From contig DASPRB010000105.1 in NCBI GenBank assembly GCA_035624675.1, positions 24,248-88,247 on the forward strand: a stretch of 64,000 bases of DNA, in the 5' to 3' direction. The position numbers were made by a program, and so were the translations under genes. Origin of the DNA: Burkholderiales bacterium (GTDB taxonomy: Bacteria > Pseudomonadota > Gammaproteobacteria > Burkholderiales > SG8-39). Of this stretch, positions 1-8,746 are shown piece by piece (the stretch's first letter is position 1; every line of letters starts with the position of its first letter). The notes beneath the pieces were generated by a model that saw nothing but the letters and a program-made list of their open reading frames with translations, did not search any database and was not told the DNA's origin.

Positions 1-304
1 CCTGGGCGAGCGACAGCCGACCGGTAGCGCGGTCGAGCACGATCACGTCTCCAGGGTAAATAAGGTGGGGGTTCTTGATCTGGTCCCTGTTTAGGCCCCA
101 AAGTTCAGGCCACCGCCACGGTGAGTTCGTGAACCGCTCGGCGATTCCCCAAAGGGTGTCTCCTGGCACGACGACGTACCGGTCGGGGGCATTCGGGCTG
201 ATTGCCGGGGGAGCCTTTGGATCCTGTCCTACCGCCTGGCCCCAGGCGAGACTCGCTACGACAAAAGCGAGCGCTGTGATAGACTTACGTAATTGCTCGT
301 ACAT
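1..304 (-). CDS. LysM peptidoglycan-binding domain protein (N-terminal part; gene continues beyond window start)
   Basis: Reverse-strand translation from ATG at 304 gives [101 protein letters not shown] with no stop before the window edge. The N-terminus looks like a signal peptide and is followed by a LysM-type motif ([16 protein letters not shown]). It is absent from the ORF track because no stop lies in the window. Confidence 0.75.
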   Translation of the reverse strand, partial: MYEQLRKSITALAFVVASLAWGQAVGQDPKAPPAISPNAPDRYVVVPGDTLWGIAERFTNSPWRWPELWGLNRDQIKNPHLIYPGDVIVLDRATGRLSLAQ

Positions 305-448
305 GGGGCCCCCGATCTTTTCTTGGGTCTCCGGGCCGGCTTGAAAGGCCGATTACTCGCACAAATGTAGCATAAAAGCTCAATTAGCTTACATGCTGCC
401 TGAGATTGTGCATGTAATTATTTCACACAGCAAGCGATTTCCTAATTC

Positions 449-952
449 ATGGCGCTCCTAAACATTCTCCGGTACCCCGATGCCCGCCTCCACAAGACCG
501 CGGCGCCGGTGACCGTCTTCGATGATGGGCTGAAGAAGCTCGTCGACGATATGACCGAAACCATGTATGCGGCGCCGGGTATCGGTTTGGCCGCGACGCA
601 GGTCGACGTGCACAAGCAGGTGATCGTCATCGATGTTTCAGAGCGTCGTGACTCCCTGATCGTGTTGGTCAACCCTGAGATCCTCGATGCGACCGGTGTG
701 TCGGACATCGAAGAGGGTTGCCTTTCCGTTCCAGGCATCTACGAGATGGTCGAGCGCGCCGAGCGCGTAAAGGTGCGCGCGTACGACCAGAACGGCGTTT
801 CATTCACGCTTGAGGCGCAGGGCCTGCTCTCGGTATGCATCCAGCACGAGATGGATCACCTCAAGGGCAAGGTCTTCGTCGACTACCTTTCGCAACTCAA
901 ACAGCAGCGCATACGCGCTCGCCTGGCCAAGCAGCTGCGCAAGAGCGCATAG
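449..952 (+). CDS. def: peptide deformylase
   Basis: 167 aa. All three deformylase motifs are present: [17 protein letters not shown] and QHEMDHL. It sits immediately upstream of fmt. Confidence 0.96.
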   Translation: MALLNILRYPDARLHKTAAPVTVFDDGLKKLVDDMTETMYAAPGIGLAATQVDVHKQVIVIDVSERRDSLIVLVNPEILDATGVSDIEEGCLSVPGIYEMVERAERVKVRAYDQNGVSFTLEAQGLLSVCIQHEMDHLKGKVFVDYLSQLKQQRIRARLAKQLRKSA

Positions 953-1028
953 ACCGGCTTGGAGCGGGAGTCCCCGCTCCGGGCCAATTGCACGGCCGCC
1001 CGCCGGCGGCCAGCGAAGAGCACCGGTA

Positions 1029-1970
1029 ATGCGCATCGTGTTCGCAGGCACAACAGAGTTCGCCGCGCGTGCGTTCGACGCCTTGTTCGATGCGGGGCAT
1101 GACGTACCGCTGGTGTTGACGCAGCCGGATCGACCTGCAGGGCGGGGCATGTACCCGAAGGCGAGCGCCGTAAAGCGGATTGCGCTTGATCGCGGGTTGG
1201 AGGTGCATCAGCCGGCTTCGTTCAAGGAACCCGGCGCACTCGCGCCGATCGCCGCGGCGAACCCGGAGCTGCTCGTGGTCGCAGCCTACGGGCTCATCCT
1301 GCCGCAGGCCGTGCTCGACAGCGCGCGCCTCGGCGCCTTGAATATTCACGCTTCGCTGCTGCCCCGCTGGCGTGGCGCCGCCCCGATCCAGCGCGCATTG
1401 CTCGCAGGCGATCGCGAAACCGGGATCACGATTATCAAGATGGACGCCGGGTTGGACACAGGCCCTATGCTCGCGCAAGCGGTACTGCGGATTGACGACG
1501 CGGACGACGCGGGCACCCTTGAGGACAAGCTCGCGGAGCTGGGCGCGAGGATGATCGTAGATGTCGTGGCCAAGCTCGCAGCGGGCGATGTGCATCCGAT
1601 CACGCAGCCTGCCGAGGGGGTCAGATACGCCACCAAGATCGAAAAACACGAATCCGTCCTTGACTGGACGCGCCCCGCGAGCGAGCTGAGCCGCGCTATC
1701 CGCGCTTTCCGACCCGTGCCTGGGGCCGCCACGTATTTGGGAGGCGACGCGCTCAAGATTTGGCGGGCGCGGCCCACGGAAGCAAGCGGCGCTCCCGGGG
1801 AGGTGCTCGTCGCCAACGTGCATGGCATCGTGATCGCCTGCGGCGAAGGTGCACTTCTGGTTACGGAACTGCAGCGTGCCGGCGGCAGGCGGCTGACGGC
1901 TGCCGAATTTCTGCGCGGCAGATCGCTCGCGCCAGGAACTCGCTTCGGCGCGCTGCGCGAGGAACCCTGA
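1029..1970 (+). CDS. fmt: methionyl-tRNA formyltransferase
   Basis: This is the in-frame ATG at 1029 inside track ORF 810..1970. The N-terminus MRIVFAGTTEFAARAFDALFDAGHDVPLVLTQPDRPAGRG is typical of Fmt. The upstream extension overlaps def and is Arg/Ser-rich junk. Confidence 0.94.
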   Translation: MRIVFAGTTEFAARAFDALFDAGHDVPLVLTQPDRPAGRGMYPKASAVKRIALDRGLEVHQPASFKEPGALAPIAAANPELLVVAAYGLILPQAVLDSARLGALNIHASLLPRWRGAAPIQRALLAGDRETGITIIKMDAGLDTGPMLAQAVLRIDDADDAGTLEDKLAELGARMIVDVVAKLAAGDVHPITQPAEGVRYATKIEKHESVLDWTRPASELSRAIRAFRPVPGAATYLGGDALKIWRARPTEASGAPGEVLVANVHGIVIACGEGALLVTELQRAGGRRLTAAEFLRGRSLAPGTRFGALREEP

Positions 1971-1972
1971 AC

Positions 1973-3274
1973 TTGGCTGCCGGATCTGCCCAAACCCCGG
2001 TCTTGGGCACGCCCCCGCTCGCCGAGCTGCTCTGCGAGACGACGCGGTTGGTTGCGGCCGTCGCGAGCGGGCGCAGCCTAACAGGCGAATTGGAGCGCGC
2101 AGCCGAAGAAGGTGACTTGCCGCGCGCGGCGCTGATCGATCTTGCACACGGCACCTTGCGCCGCTTTGGACGCGTGCAAGCCCTCGAGCGGCAACTGACG
2201 ACGCGCGGCGGAACCGATTTAACGGCGAGCGCCTTGCTGTGGTGCTCCTTCTATGCGCTCGATTCGGGCCGCTACGCGCCCTACACCGTTGTTGACCAGG
2301 CGGTGCGCGCGTGCGGGCCGTTGGGCCTGCACCGCGCGAAGGGTTTTGTGAATGCGGTTCTGCGCCGCCTATTGCGTGACCGAGCAGCGATAGAGGCCGC
2401 GATAGCTGCCGATGAGCAAGCGCGCTGGTGGCATCCTGGATGGTGGATCGAAGCCCTGAGAAGGGCCTATCCCGACAAATGGCAGGAAGTGCTGGAGTCA
2501 GGCAACAGCCGCCCACCGATGGCGCTACGCGTAAATCTGCGGCGCGCCAGTGTGGGTGAATATCTCGCGCGTCTGGAGGCAGAAGGTTTCGCCGCGCGTG
2601 CGCTCGCTGAAGCGACCCTGTTGCTTGAGCGCCCCGTTCCAGTCGCGCGCCTGCCCGGGTTCATGTCCGGCGAGGTTTCGGTGCAAGACGCGGGTGCGCA
2701 ACGCGCGGCGCCCTTCCTGGATCTGGCCGATGGGCAACGCGTATTGGACGCATGCGCGGCGCCGGGCGGCAAGGCCGCACACATCCTGGAAGCCGCGGCG
2801 GTCTCCCTTACAGCACTGGATGCGGACGCGCTGCGCGGCGCACAGATGGAGCGGAACTTCGCGCGCCTGGGCTTGCGCGCTCAAGTGAAGATCGCCGACT
2901 GCTCTCGACTCGACGCTTGGTGGGACGGCGCGGAGTTTGACCGCATCCTCGCCGATGTGCCGTGTTCGTCGTCGGGGGTAGTGCGAAGGAATCCGGACAT
3001 TAAGTGGCTGCGCAGGGCAAGCGACATTGCGGGGTTCGCGAGGCGTCAGTCAGCGATTCTCGATGCGCTTTGGCGCGTGCTCGCACCGGGTGGTAAATTG
3101 CTGTATGTCACCTGCTCGGTCTTCGCCGAGGAAAATGAGTCCGTCATCGGCGCGTTCGGCGCGCGTACGCCGCAGGCGCAGAGGCTTGCGTTGCCGGGCG
3201 GCGCAGCGGCTCAGCTCCTGCCGGACACCGAGCACGACGGTTTTTATTTCGCTCTGCTAACGAAGCGGGCCTGA
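1973..3274 (+). CDS. rsmB: 16S rRNA (cytosine967-C5)-methyltransferase RsmB
   Basis: The C-terminal part of track ORF 1760..3274. It has a NusB-like N-domain followed by SAM-MTase motifs (VLDACAAPGGKAAHILE, DRILADVPCSSSGVVRRNPDIKWLR, YVTCSVFAEENE). The start is uncertain because there is no ATG or GTG after the fmt stop. I placed it at TTG 1973; TTG near 2006 is an alternative. Confidence 0.85.
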   Translation: MAAGSAQTPVLGTPPLAELLCETTRLVAAVASGRSLTGELERAAEEGDLPRAALIDLAHGTLRRFGRVQALERQLTTRGGTDLTASALLWCSFYALDSGRYAPYTVVDQAVRACGPLGLHRAKGFVNAVLRRLLRDRAAIEAAIAADEQARWWHPGWWIEALRRAYPDKWQEVLESGNSRPPMALRVNLRRASVGEYLARLEAEGFAARALAEATLLLERPVPVARLPGFMSGEVSVQDAGAQRAAPFLDLADGQRVLDACAAPGGKAAHILEAAAVSLTALDADALRGAQMERNFARLGLRAQVKIADCSRLDAWWDGAEFDRILADVPCSSSGVVRRNPDIKWLRRASDIAGFARRQSAILDALWRVLAPGGKLLYVTCSVFAEENESVIGAFGARTPQAQRLALPGGAAAQLLPDTEHDGFYFALLTKRA

Positions 3275-3282
3275 GGCAAGCC

Positions 3283-3894
3283 ATGCGAGGCGTCGCCTTC
3301 ATCAGCCGGGTCTTTGCGGCGCTTCTTTTGGCGACTGCGATCCACGCCAGGGCCGCCGACATTATGGTCCACGATGCCAACCTGCGTGCAACCGACGAAG
3401 GCCTGGTGCTTAACGCGGAATTCCGGTTTGACTTCCCAGCGGCTCTCGCCGAAGCGGTTGTCAGCGGCGTACCGCTTTATTTCGTTTTCGAATTCGATCT
3501 CACCCGGCGTCGCTGGTACTGGTTCAACGAGCATCCGGTATCGAAGCAAATGCAGGTCAGGCTTTCGTATCACGCGCTCTCACGGCACTACCGACTCTCG
3601 ACCGGCGTCCTGCAACAGAACTTCGCGACGCTAGAGGAAGCCCTGAGCGTGCTCAGGCGATTGCAGAACTGGCTGGTCGTCGATCGCACGCTCTCGCTTA
3701 CGGATGCCACCTACGACGCCGCGGTGCGCATGCGTCTGGACACTTCCCTCCTTCCCAAGCCGTTTCAGGTGAGCGCCCTCACCAGTCGTGATTGGCAGTT
3801 CGAGTCGGAATGGAAAGTATTCCCGTTCCGACCGCCGCAGCAGCCACCGGCGCCAGTGGAGAGCCGCGAGCCAAAAGAGGCGACCGAGCGATGA
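3283..3894 (+). CDS. DUF4390-like secreted protein of unknown function
   Basis: 203 aa. The N-terminus resembles a signal peptide (MRGVAFISRVFAALLLATAIHARAAD). The body (LVLNAEFRFDFPAALAEAVVSGVPLYFVFEFDL..RRWYWFNE) resembles the DUF4390 family that I recall sitting between rsmB and ntrY in betaproteobacteria. Its stop overlaps the ntrY start (ATGA). Confidence 0.7.
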   Translation: MRGVAFISRVFAALLLATAIHARAADIMVHDANLRATDEGLVLNAEFRFDFPAALAEAVVSGVPLYFVFEFDLTRRRWYWFNEHPVSKQMQVRLSYHALSRHYRLSTGVLQQNFATLEEALSVLRRLQNWLVVDRTLSLTDATYDAAVRMRLDTSLLPKPFQVSALTSRDWQFESEWKVFPFRPPQQPPAPVESREPKEATER

Positions 3895-6032
3895 AAGCCC
3901 TGCTCATCATCGGTGCCGCACTGGCCGGCGTGCTGCTGTTTCTGCTCGCGACGGCGAGTGCCAACACGAGCCTGTTCGAGAAGCACTATCCACTGTTGCT
4001 CGCGCTTAACGCAGCGCTCGCGGCGGTCCTGGCAGGGCTCGTCACGTATCAGGTGCTCGCGCTCGCTCGAAAATACCGTGCGCGCGTCTTCGGCTCCCGG
4101 CTGACGCTTCGCTTCCTGGTCCTGTTCGCCATGATGGCGCTGGCGCCCGGCCTGCTCGTCTACACGGTGTCCGTGCAGTTTCTGAGTAAGAGCATCGAGT
4201 CGTGGTTCGACGTCAAGGTCGACGCCGCCTTGGAGGGCGGTTTAACGCTGGCGCAGGGCGCGATCGATCAAATGCTGTCCGAGATGAACGTCAAGGTACG
4301 TGCGATGGCGCTGGAGCTCGCGGACCATTCACAGCCGGAGCAAGGCGCCATGCTCAATCGGCTGCGCGAACAGGCTGGAGTGCAGGAAGCCGTGATCATA
4401 ACCGGCAGCGGCCGGCTCGTCGCGAGCGCGAGCGAGGACGTGACGCGGCTTGTCCCGGATCTGCCGAGCGCACAGGCGCTTAGGCAAGCGCGTACAGATC
4501 GCGGATATACCGCGATCGACGCTCCCGCCGGCAAGCCGCTCGCTCTGCGCGTGCTGGTCCCGATCAACGCGCTCTCGCTCACCGACGAAGCGCGCTATCT
4601 GCAGTTGCGCCAGACCGTACCAGTGTCTTTCGCGCGCAGCGCAGAAGCAGTCGAAGCCGCCTACCGAGACTACCGTGAGCTGGCGCTGTCACGTCAGGGG
4701 CTTAAGCGCATCTACATTGTCACGCTCACCCTGGCGCTCTTGATGGCTCTTTTTGTTGCCATCGCGCTTGCGGTCATCCTGTCGAACCGACTTTCGGAGC
4801 CGCTCGCCAACCTCGCCCAGGCTACACAGGCGGTCGCGCGCGGCGATTTCTCTAGACGTGCGCCAGTCACGAGTCGCGACGAGCTCGGTGTCTTGACCGA
4901 GTCCTTCAACTCCATGACGCGTCAGCTGGACGAGGCGCGTCGGGTGGTGGAGACGAACCGAGTGGCGCTGGAGACCGCCAAGGCCAATCTTGAGAACATC
5001 CTCGCGAATCTGTCGGCGGGAGTCCTCGTATTCGACCACGACCTTTGCCTAACCATCAGCAATCATGGCGCTGTCTCGATATTGGGCGGTGAACTCGATG
5101 CATTCTCGGGCAAACCGCTCGGCGATTGGAGCGGCCCGCTCGAGACCTTTGCGCGAGCGGTGCGCGAGGGTTTCGTTGCGCACGGCGAGCGTACGTGGCA
5201 GCGCGAGCTCGAGCTGCGCGCCAAGGGTAGAACGCTTCTGGCGCGCGGAGCCGGGCTGCGTGGTTCAACGGGGGGCGGCTTCGTGCTGGTATTCGACGAC
5301 ATTACGCAGCTGATTCAGGCTCAGCGCGCGACGGCTTGGGCCGAAGTGGCGCGACGTCTTGCGCACGAGATCAAGAATCCGCTCACGCCGATCCAGCTTT
5401 CCGCCGAACGCCTCGAGGTGAAGCTGGCGGGCAAGGTCCCGGAGGAAGAGGCCGACATCCTGCGACGTGCCACGCGAACCATCGTAAATCAGGTCACGGC
5501 GCTCAAATCTATGGTAGATGCCTTCCGGGACTATGCGCGCCTGCCGGCGCCGTTGCTCGCCGATCTGGACCTCAATGCACTGGTTACGGAGGTGCTTGCA
5601 CTGTACGAGAATTCGAAGGTTCCGGTCGTCAAGCGCCTGGCCCCTGAACTGCCGGCAGTGCTTGCCGACTCTGCGCAGATCCGGCAGGTCATCCACAACC
5701 TCGTACAAAACGCGCAAGACGCGCTCGAGAGCGGGAGAAGCTGGCGCTCGGCCCCCACAATCGAGGTACGCACTGAAGCGCTTGGTGACCGGGTGCGCCT
5801 GTCGGTGAGTGACAATGGCCCGGGCTTTCCGGAGGAGCTGATGACTCGCATCTTCGAGCCGTATGTGACCAGCAAGCCGCGAGGCACCGGGCTTGGACTG
5901 GCCATCGTAAAAAAGATCGTCGACGAACATCACGGCAGCATTGCCATCGAGAACCGACCCGAGCGCGGTGCGTGCGTGAGTGTCATGCTCCCCGCGCTCG
6001 ACAAGAGCAGGGCCGTGGTCAAGGCGGCGTGA
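3891..6032 (+). CDS. ntrY: NtrY-like PAS/HAMP sensor histidine kinase
   Basis: This is the internal ATG at 3891 (MKALLIIGAALAGVLLF) in track ORF 3792..6032. It has N-terminal TM segments, a HAMP-like region, a PAS-like region, an H-box (HEIKNPLTPIQLSAERL) and N/G boxes (NLVQNAQDA, DNGPGF, GTGLGLAIVKKIV). Confidence 0.88.
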   Translation: MKALLIIGAALAGVLLFLLATASANTSLFEKHYPLLLALNAALAAVLAGLVTYQVLALARKYRARVFGSRLTLRFLVLFAMMALAPGLLVYTVSVQFLSKSIESWFDVKVDAALEGGLTLAQGAIDQMLSEMNVKVRAMALELADHSQPEQGAMLNRLREQAGVQEAVIITGSGRLVASASEDVTRLVPDLPSAQALRQARTDRGYTAIDAPAGKPLALRVLVPINALSLTDEARYLQLRQTVPVSFARSAEAVEAAYRDYRELALSRQGLKRIYIVTLTLALLMALFVAIALAVILSNRLSEPLANLAQATQAVARGDFSRRAPVTSRDELGVLTESFNSMTRQLDEARRVVETNRVALETAKANLENILANLSAGVLVFDHDLCLTISNHGAVSILGGELDAFSGKPLGDWSGPLETFARAVREGFVAHGERTWQRELELRAKGRTLLARGAGLRGSTGGGFVLVFDDITQLIQAQRATAWAEVARRLAHEIKNPLTPIQLSAERLEVKLAGKVPEEEADILRRATRTIVNQVTALKSMVDAFRDYARLPAPLLADLDLNALVTEVLALYENSKVPVVKRLAPELPAVLADSAQIRQVIHNLVQNAQDALESGRSWRSAPTIEVRTEALGDRVRLSVSDNGPGFPEELMTRIFEPYVTSKPRGTGLGLAIVKKIVDEHHGSIAIENRPERGACVSVMLPALDKSRAVVKAA

Positions 6033-6063
6033 TCTCAACAAGGTGCCGGCGTAGCGCTCGTTC

Positions 6064-7311
6064 ATGGCTCAGATCCTGGTCGTAGACGACGAAGTCGGCA
6101 TCCGCGAGCTCCTGTCGGAGATCCTCGCGGACGAGGGGCATCAGGTGCTGCTTGCCGAGAGCGCGGCCTCCGCGCGTCAGGTGCGCGAGCGACAGCGGCC
6201 CGATCTCGTGCTGCTCGACATTTGGATGCCCGATACGGACGGCATCACCTTGCTCAAGGAATGGTCGGCGTGCGGCCAGTTGACCATGCCCGTGGTCATG
6301 ATGTCCGGCCATGGAACCATCGAGACCGCGGTGGAAGCAACCCGCATCGGTGCGCTCGACTTTCTGGAAAAGCCGATTGCGCTGCAGAGACTGCTGACGA
6401 CAGTGAAGCGAGCATTGCGCAACCAGGAGGTTCCCGCACCGCGTGAGCTGTCGCTCGCCGCATTGGGCCGCTCGCCAGCGCTTGCCGATGCCAAGAGGCG
6501 CCTCTCCCAGGTGGCTCTGGCGGCGGCACCGCTCATGTTGCGTGGCGAGCGCGGAATGCAGGCCGAGCTATTCGCGCGCCTTCTGCTCGCTCCCGGGGCG
6601 CCGTTCCTGGTGGGGCCGGAATTGCTGTCCGAGCCGATATCGGAAGTCTTGTCGCGCGCGGCCGGAGGCATCTTGTTTCTCAGCGACCTGACGCGCCTCG
6701 CCCGTCCCGAGCAGAAGAACGTTGAGTTTCTTTTGGCGCGCACGGACAAGTACAAGACGCGCATTGTCTCGTTCTCGCCGTCCGACGCGAAGACCTTGGT
6801 CGAGAAGTGCGATTTCGATCCCGAGTTGGTGACCCGGCTGTCCGAACTCACGCTCAAGCTGCCCGCGCTGCGCGAATGTGCCGAGGACGTGCCGGACCTC
6901 GCAGCGATGATGCTAGCGCAACTGGTGGAAGCGCGCGCTTGTCCGGCACGTCGGATGTCGGTCGCCGCGCTCAACGCGCTGCGCCATCACCCGTGGCCCA
7001 GCAACCTCGTCGAGCTGGAAGGCGTGGTCAAGGATCTCGCGCTGACAGCGCTTCAAGAGGAAATCGGGCTCGAGGACGTCGAGAGAGTGCTCGCGACGCG
7101 CGGCGACGTGCCCGCTGCGCCGCAACTTGGACTTGACCGGCCCTATCGCGAAGCGCGCGAGGCGTTTGAGCGCGTGTATTTCGAGAACCTTCTGGTGCTC
7201 GAACAAGGTAGCATGTCGCGCGTTGCAGAGCGCTCCGGCCTCGAGCGCACGCACCTTTATCGCAAGCTCAAGGCGCTCGGCCTGCCGGTAGGACGGCGCG
7301 ATGAAGGCTGA
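6064..7311 (+). CDS. ntrX: NtrX-like response regulator (REC + degenerate AAA+ + Fis-type HTH)
   Basis: 415 aa. The REC domain contains VVDDEVGIRELL...DLVLLDIWMPDTDGITLL. The C-terminal HTH is SMSRVAERSGLERTHLYRKLKALGL. The central domain lacks a Walker A motif (GERGMQAE where GESGTGKE is expected) and lacks GAFTGA. Confidence 0.85.
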   Translation: MAQILVVDDEVGIRELLSEILADEGHQVLLAESAASARQVRERQRPDLVLLDIWMPDTDGITLLKEWSACGQLTMPVVMMSGHGTIETAVEATRIGALDFLEKPIALQRLLTTVKRALRNQEVPAPRELSLAALGRSPALADAKRRLSQVALAAAPLMLRGERGMQAELFARLLLAPGAPFLVGPELLSEPISEVLSRAAGGILFLSDLTRLARPEQKNVEFLLARTDKYKTRIVSFSPSDAKTLVEKCDFDPELVTRLSELTLKLPALRECAEDVPDLAAMMLAQLVEARACPARRMSVAALNALRHHPWPSNLVELEGVVKDLALTALQEEIGLEDVERVLATRGDVPAAPQLGLDRPYREAREAFERVYFENLLVLEQGSMSRVAERSGLERTHLYRKLKALGLPVGRRDEG

Positions 7312-7354
7312 AAAAGACTAAAATGCGGCCGTTTTCGCCGCGGAGCGGCAAGTC

Positions 7355-8728
7355 GTGAAGATCATTATTCTCGGCGCCGGCCAGGTTGGCGTCTCGGTCG
7401 CCGAGAGCCTGGTATCGGAACAGAACGACATCACAGTCGTGGACGTCGACGCAGCGCGCCTGCGCGCTCTGCACGATCGGCTTGACCTGCGCACGATTCT
7501 GGGCAGCGCATCTCATCCTTCAGTGCTGTCCGAAGCGGGTGCAGACGACGCGGACTTGCTGATTGCCGTCACGCAATCCGACGAGACCAACCTCGTCGCC
7601 TGCAAGCTTGCCGCTCGCATGTTCAACGTGCCGCGCCGAATCGCGCGCATCCGGGCGACCGATTTTCTGGATGACGTCAAGGTGCTCGGGCCCGAGGGCT
7701 TCGACGTAGACCTGTCAATCTGCCCTGAGCAGGTACTGACCGAATACATCGTCAAGCTCGTTGAGTTCCCGGAGGCCTTGCAGGTTCTCGATTTCGCCGG
7801 TGGACAGGTGAGTCTGGTGGGCGTGCGCGCCTACAAGGGCGGGCCGCTCGTCGGCAACCAGCTCAAGGACATCCGGCGGCACATCCCCAACGTCGAGACG
7901 CGCGTGGTCGCGATTTTCCGCCAGGACCGTCCGATCGTTCCCGATGGCAATACCGTGATCGAGGCTGGCGACGAGGTTTTTTGCCTCGCGCCAGAGAAAA
8001 ACATCCGCGAAGTCATGCGCGAGCTGCGGCGCATGGACCGCCCGGTGAAGCGCGTGATGATCGCCGGTGGCGGGAATATCGGCTTGCGCCTCGCACGTGC
8101 TTTGGAGGACGACTATTCGGTGCGAGTCGTCGAGCATAACAAGCGCCGTTGCGAGCTGCTGGCGGCGAGGGTCAATCACGCGCTGGTGCTGAACGGCGAC
8201 GCCACCGACGAGGAGCTGCTTGAGCAGGAGAACATAGGCGAAATGGATCTTTTCGTCGCGGTCACGAACAATGACGAGAACAACATCATGAGCTCCCTGC
8301 TGGCCAAGCGCATGGGAGCGCGACGAGTCGTGGCGCTCATCAATCGCAGATCCTACGTCGACCTGTTGCAGAGCGGCGAGATAGACATCGCCATATCACC
8401 GGCACAGGCGACGATCGGCAAGCTGCTCGCTCACGTGCGTCGCGGGGATGTCGTTGCTGTGCATAGCCTGCGGCGCGGCGCCGCTGAGGCGCTCGAAGCG
8501 GTGGTGCACGGGGACCGGGAGTCCTGCCGGGTCACCGGGCGGCGCATCGAGGAGATCGACCTTCCCCCGGGGACCACGATCGGCGCCTTGGTGCGCGAGA
8601 ACGAGGTAGTCATGGCGCATCACGACACGAAGATCGAAGCGGAGGATCACGTCATCGTGTTCGTGACCGACAAGAAGACGCTGCCGAAGGTCGAGCGGCT
8701 GTTCCAGGTCGGCGCGCGCTTTCTCTGA
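7355..8728 (+). CDS. trkA: Trk potassium uptake system NAD-binding protein TrkA
   Basis: 457 aa with a GTG start. It has two Rossmann-type RCK-N motifs (ILGAGQVG, IAGGGNIGLRLA) and two RCK-C regions. It is adjacent to trkH. Confidence 0.95.
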   Translation: MKIIILGAGQVGVSVAESLVSEQNDITVVDVDAARLRALHDRLDLRTILGSASHPSVLSEAGADDADLLIAVTQSDETNLVACKLAARMFNVPRRIARIRATDFLDDVKVLGPEGFDVDLSICPEQVLTEYIVKLVEFPEALQVLDFAGGQVSLVGVRAYKGGPLVGNQLKDIRRHIPNVETRVVAIFRQDRPIVPDGNTVIEAGDEVFCLAPEKNIREVMRELRRMDRPVKRVMIAGGGNIGLRLARALEDDYSVRVVEHNKRRCELLAARVNHALVLNGDATDEELLEQENIGEMDLFVAVTNNDENNIMSSLLAKRMGARRVVALINRRSYVDLLQSGEIDIAISPAQATIGKLLAHVRRGDVVAVHSLRRGAAEALEAVVHGDRESCRVTGRRIEEIDLPPGTTIGALVRENEVVMAHHDTKIEAEDHVIVFVTDKKTLPKVERLFQVGARFL

Positions 8729-8746
8729 TTTCTCGGACGCGCAGCC

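Noticed and set aside
370-396. Imperfect 27-bp palindrome (GCATAAAAGCT-CAATT-AGCTTACATGC) in the AT-rich LysM/def divergent spacer
   Set aside because: It has two mismatches, I recognise no regulator consensus, and AT-rich promoter regions often contain such symmetry by chance. It is worth keeping only as a low-priority operator candidate.
961-980. Hairpin GGAGCGGG-AGTC-CCCGCTCC between def and fmt
   Set aside because: It has no U-tract, and def and fmt are normally co-transcribed. It may affect mRNA stability, but the sequence alone offers no evidence for this.
810-1028. 5' extensions of track ORFs (810 for fmt, 1760 for rsmB, 3792 for ntrY, 18221 for TetR, 23609 for ligase 2, 26443 for ubiK, 59309 for dacC, 61847 for ybeD, 31876 for DUF3426, 31487 for the PfkB kinase)
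   Set aside because: The extensions overlap the preceding well-supported gene in another frame and translate to Arg/Ser/Pro-rich junk. Internal starts give canonical N-termini.
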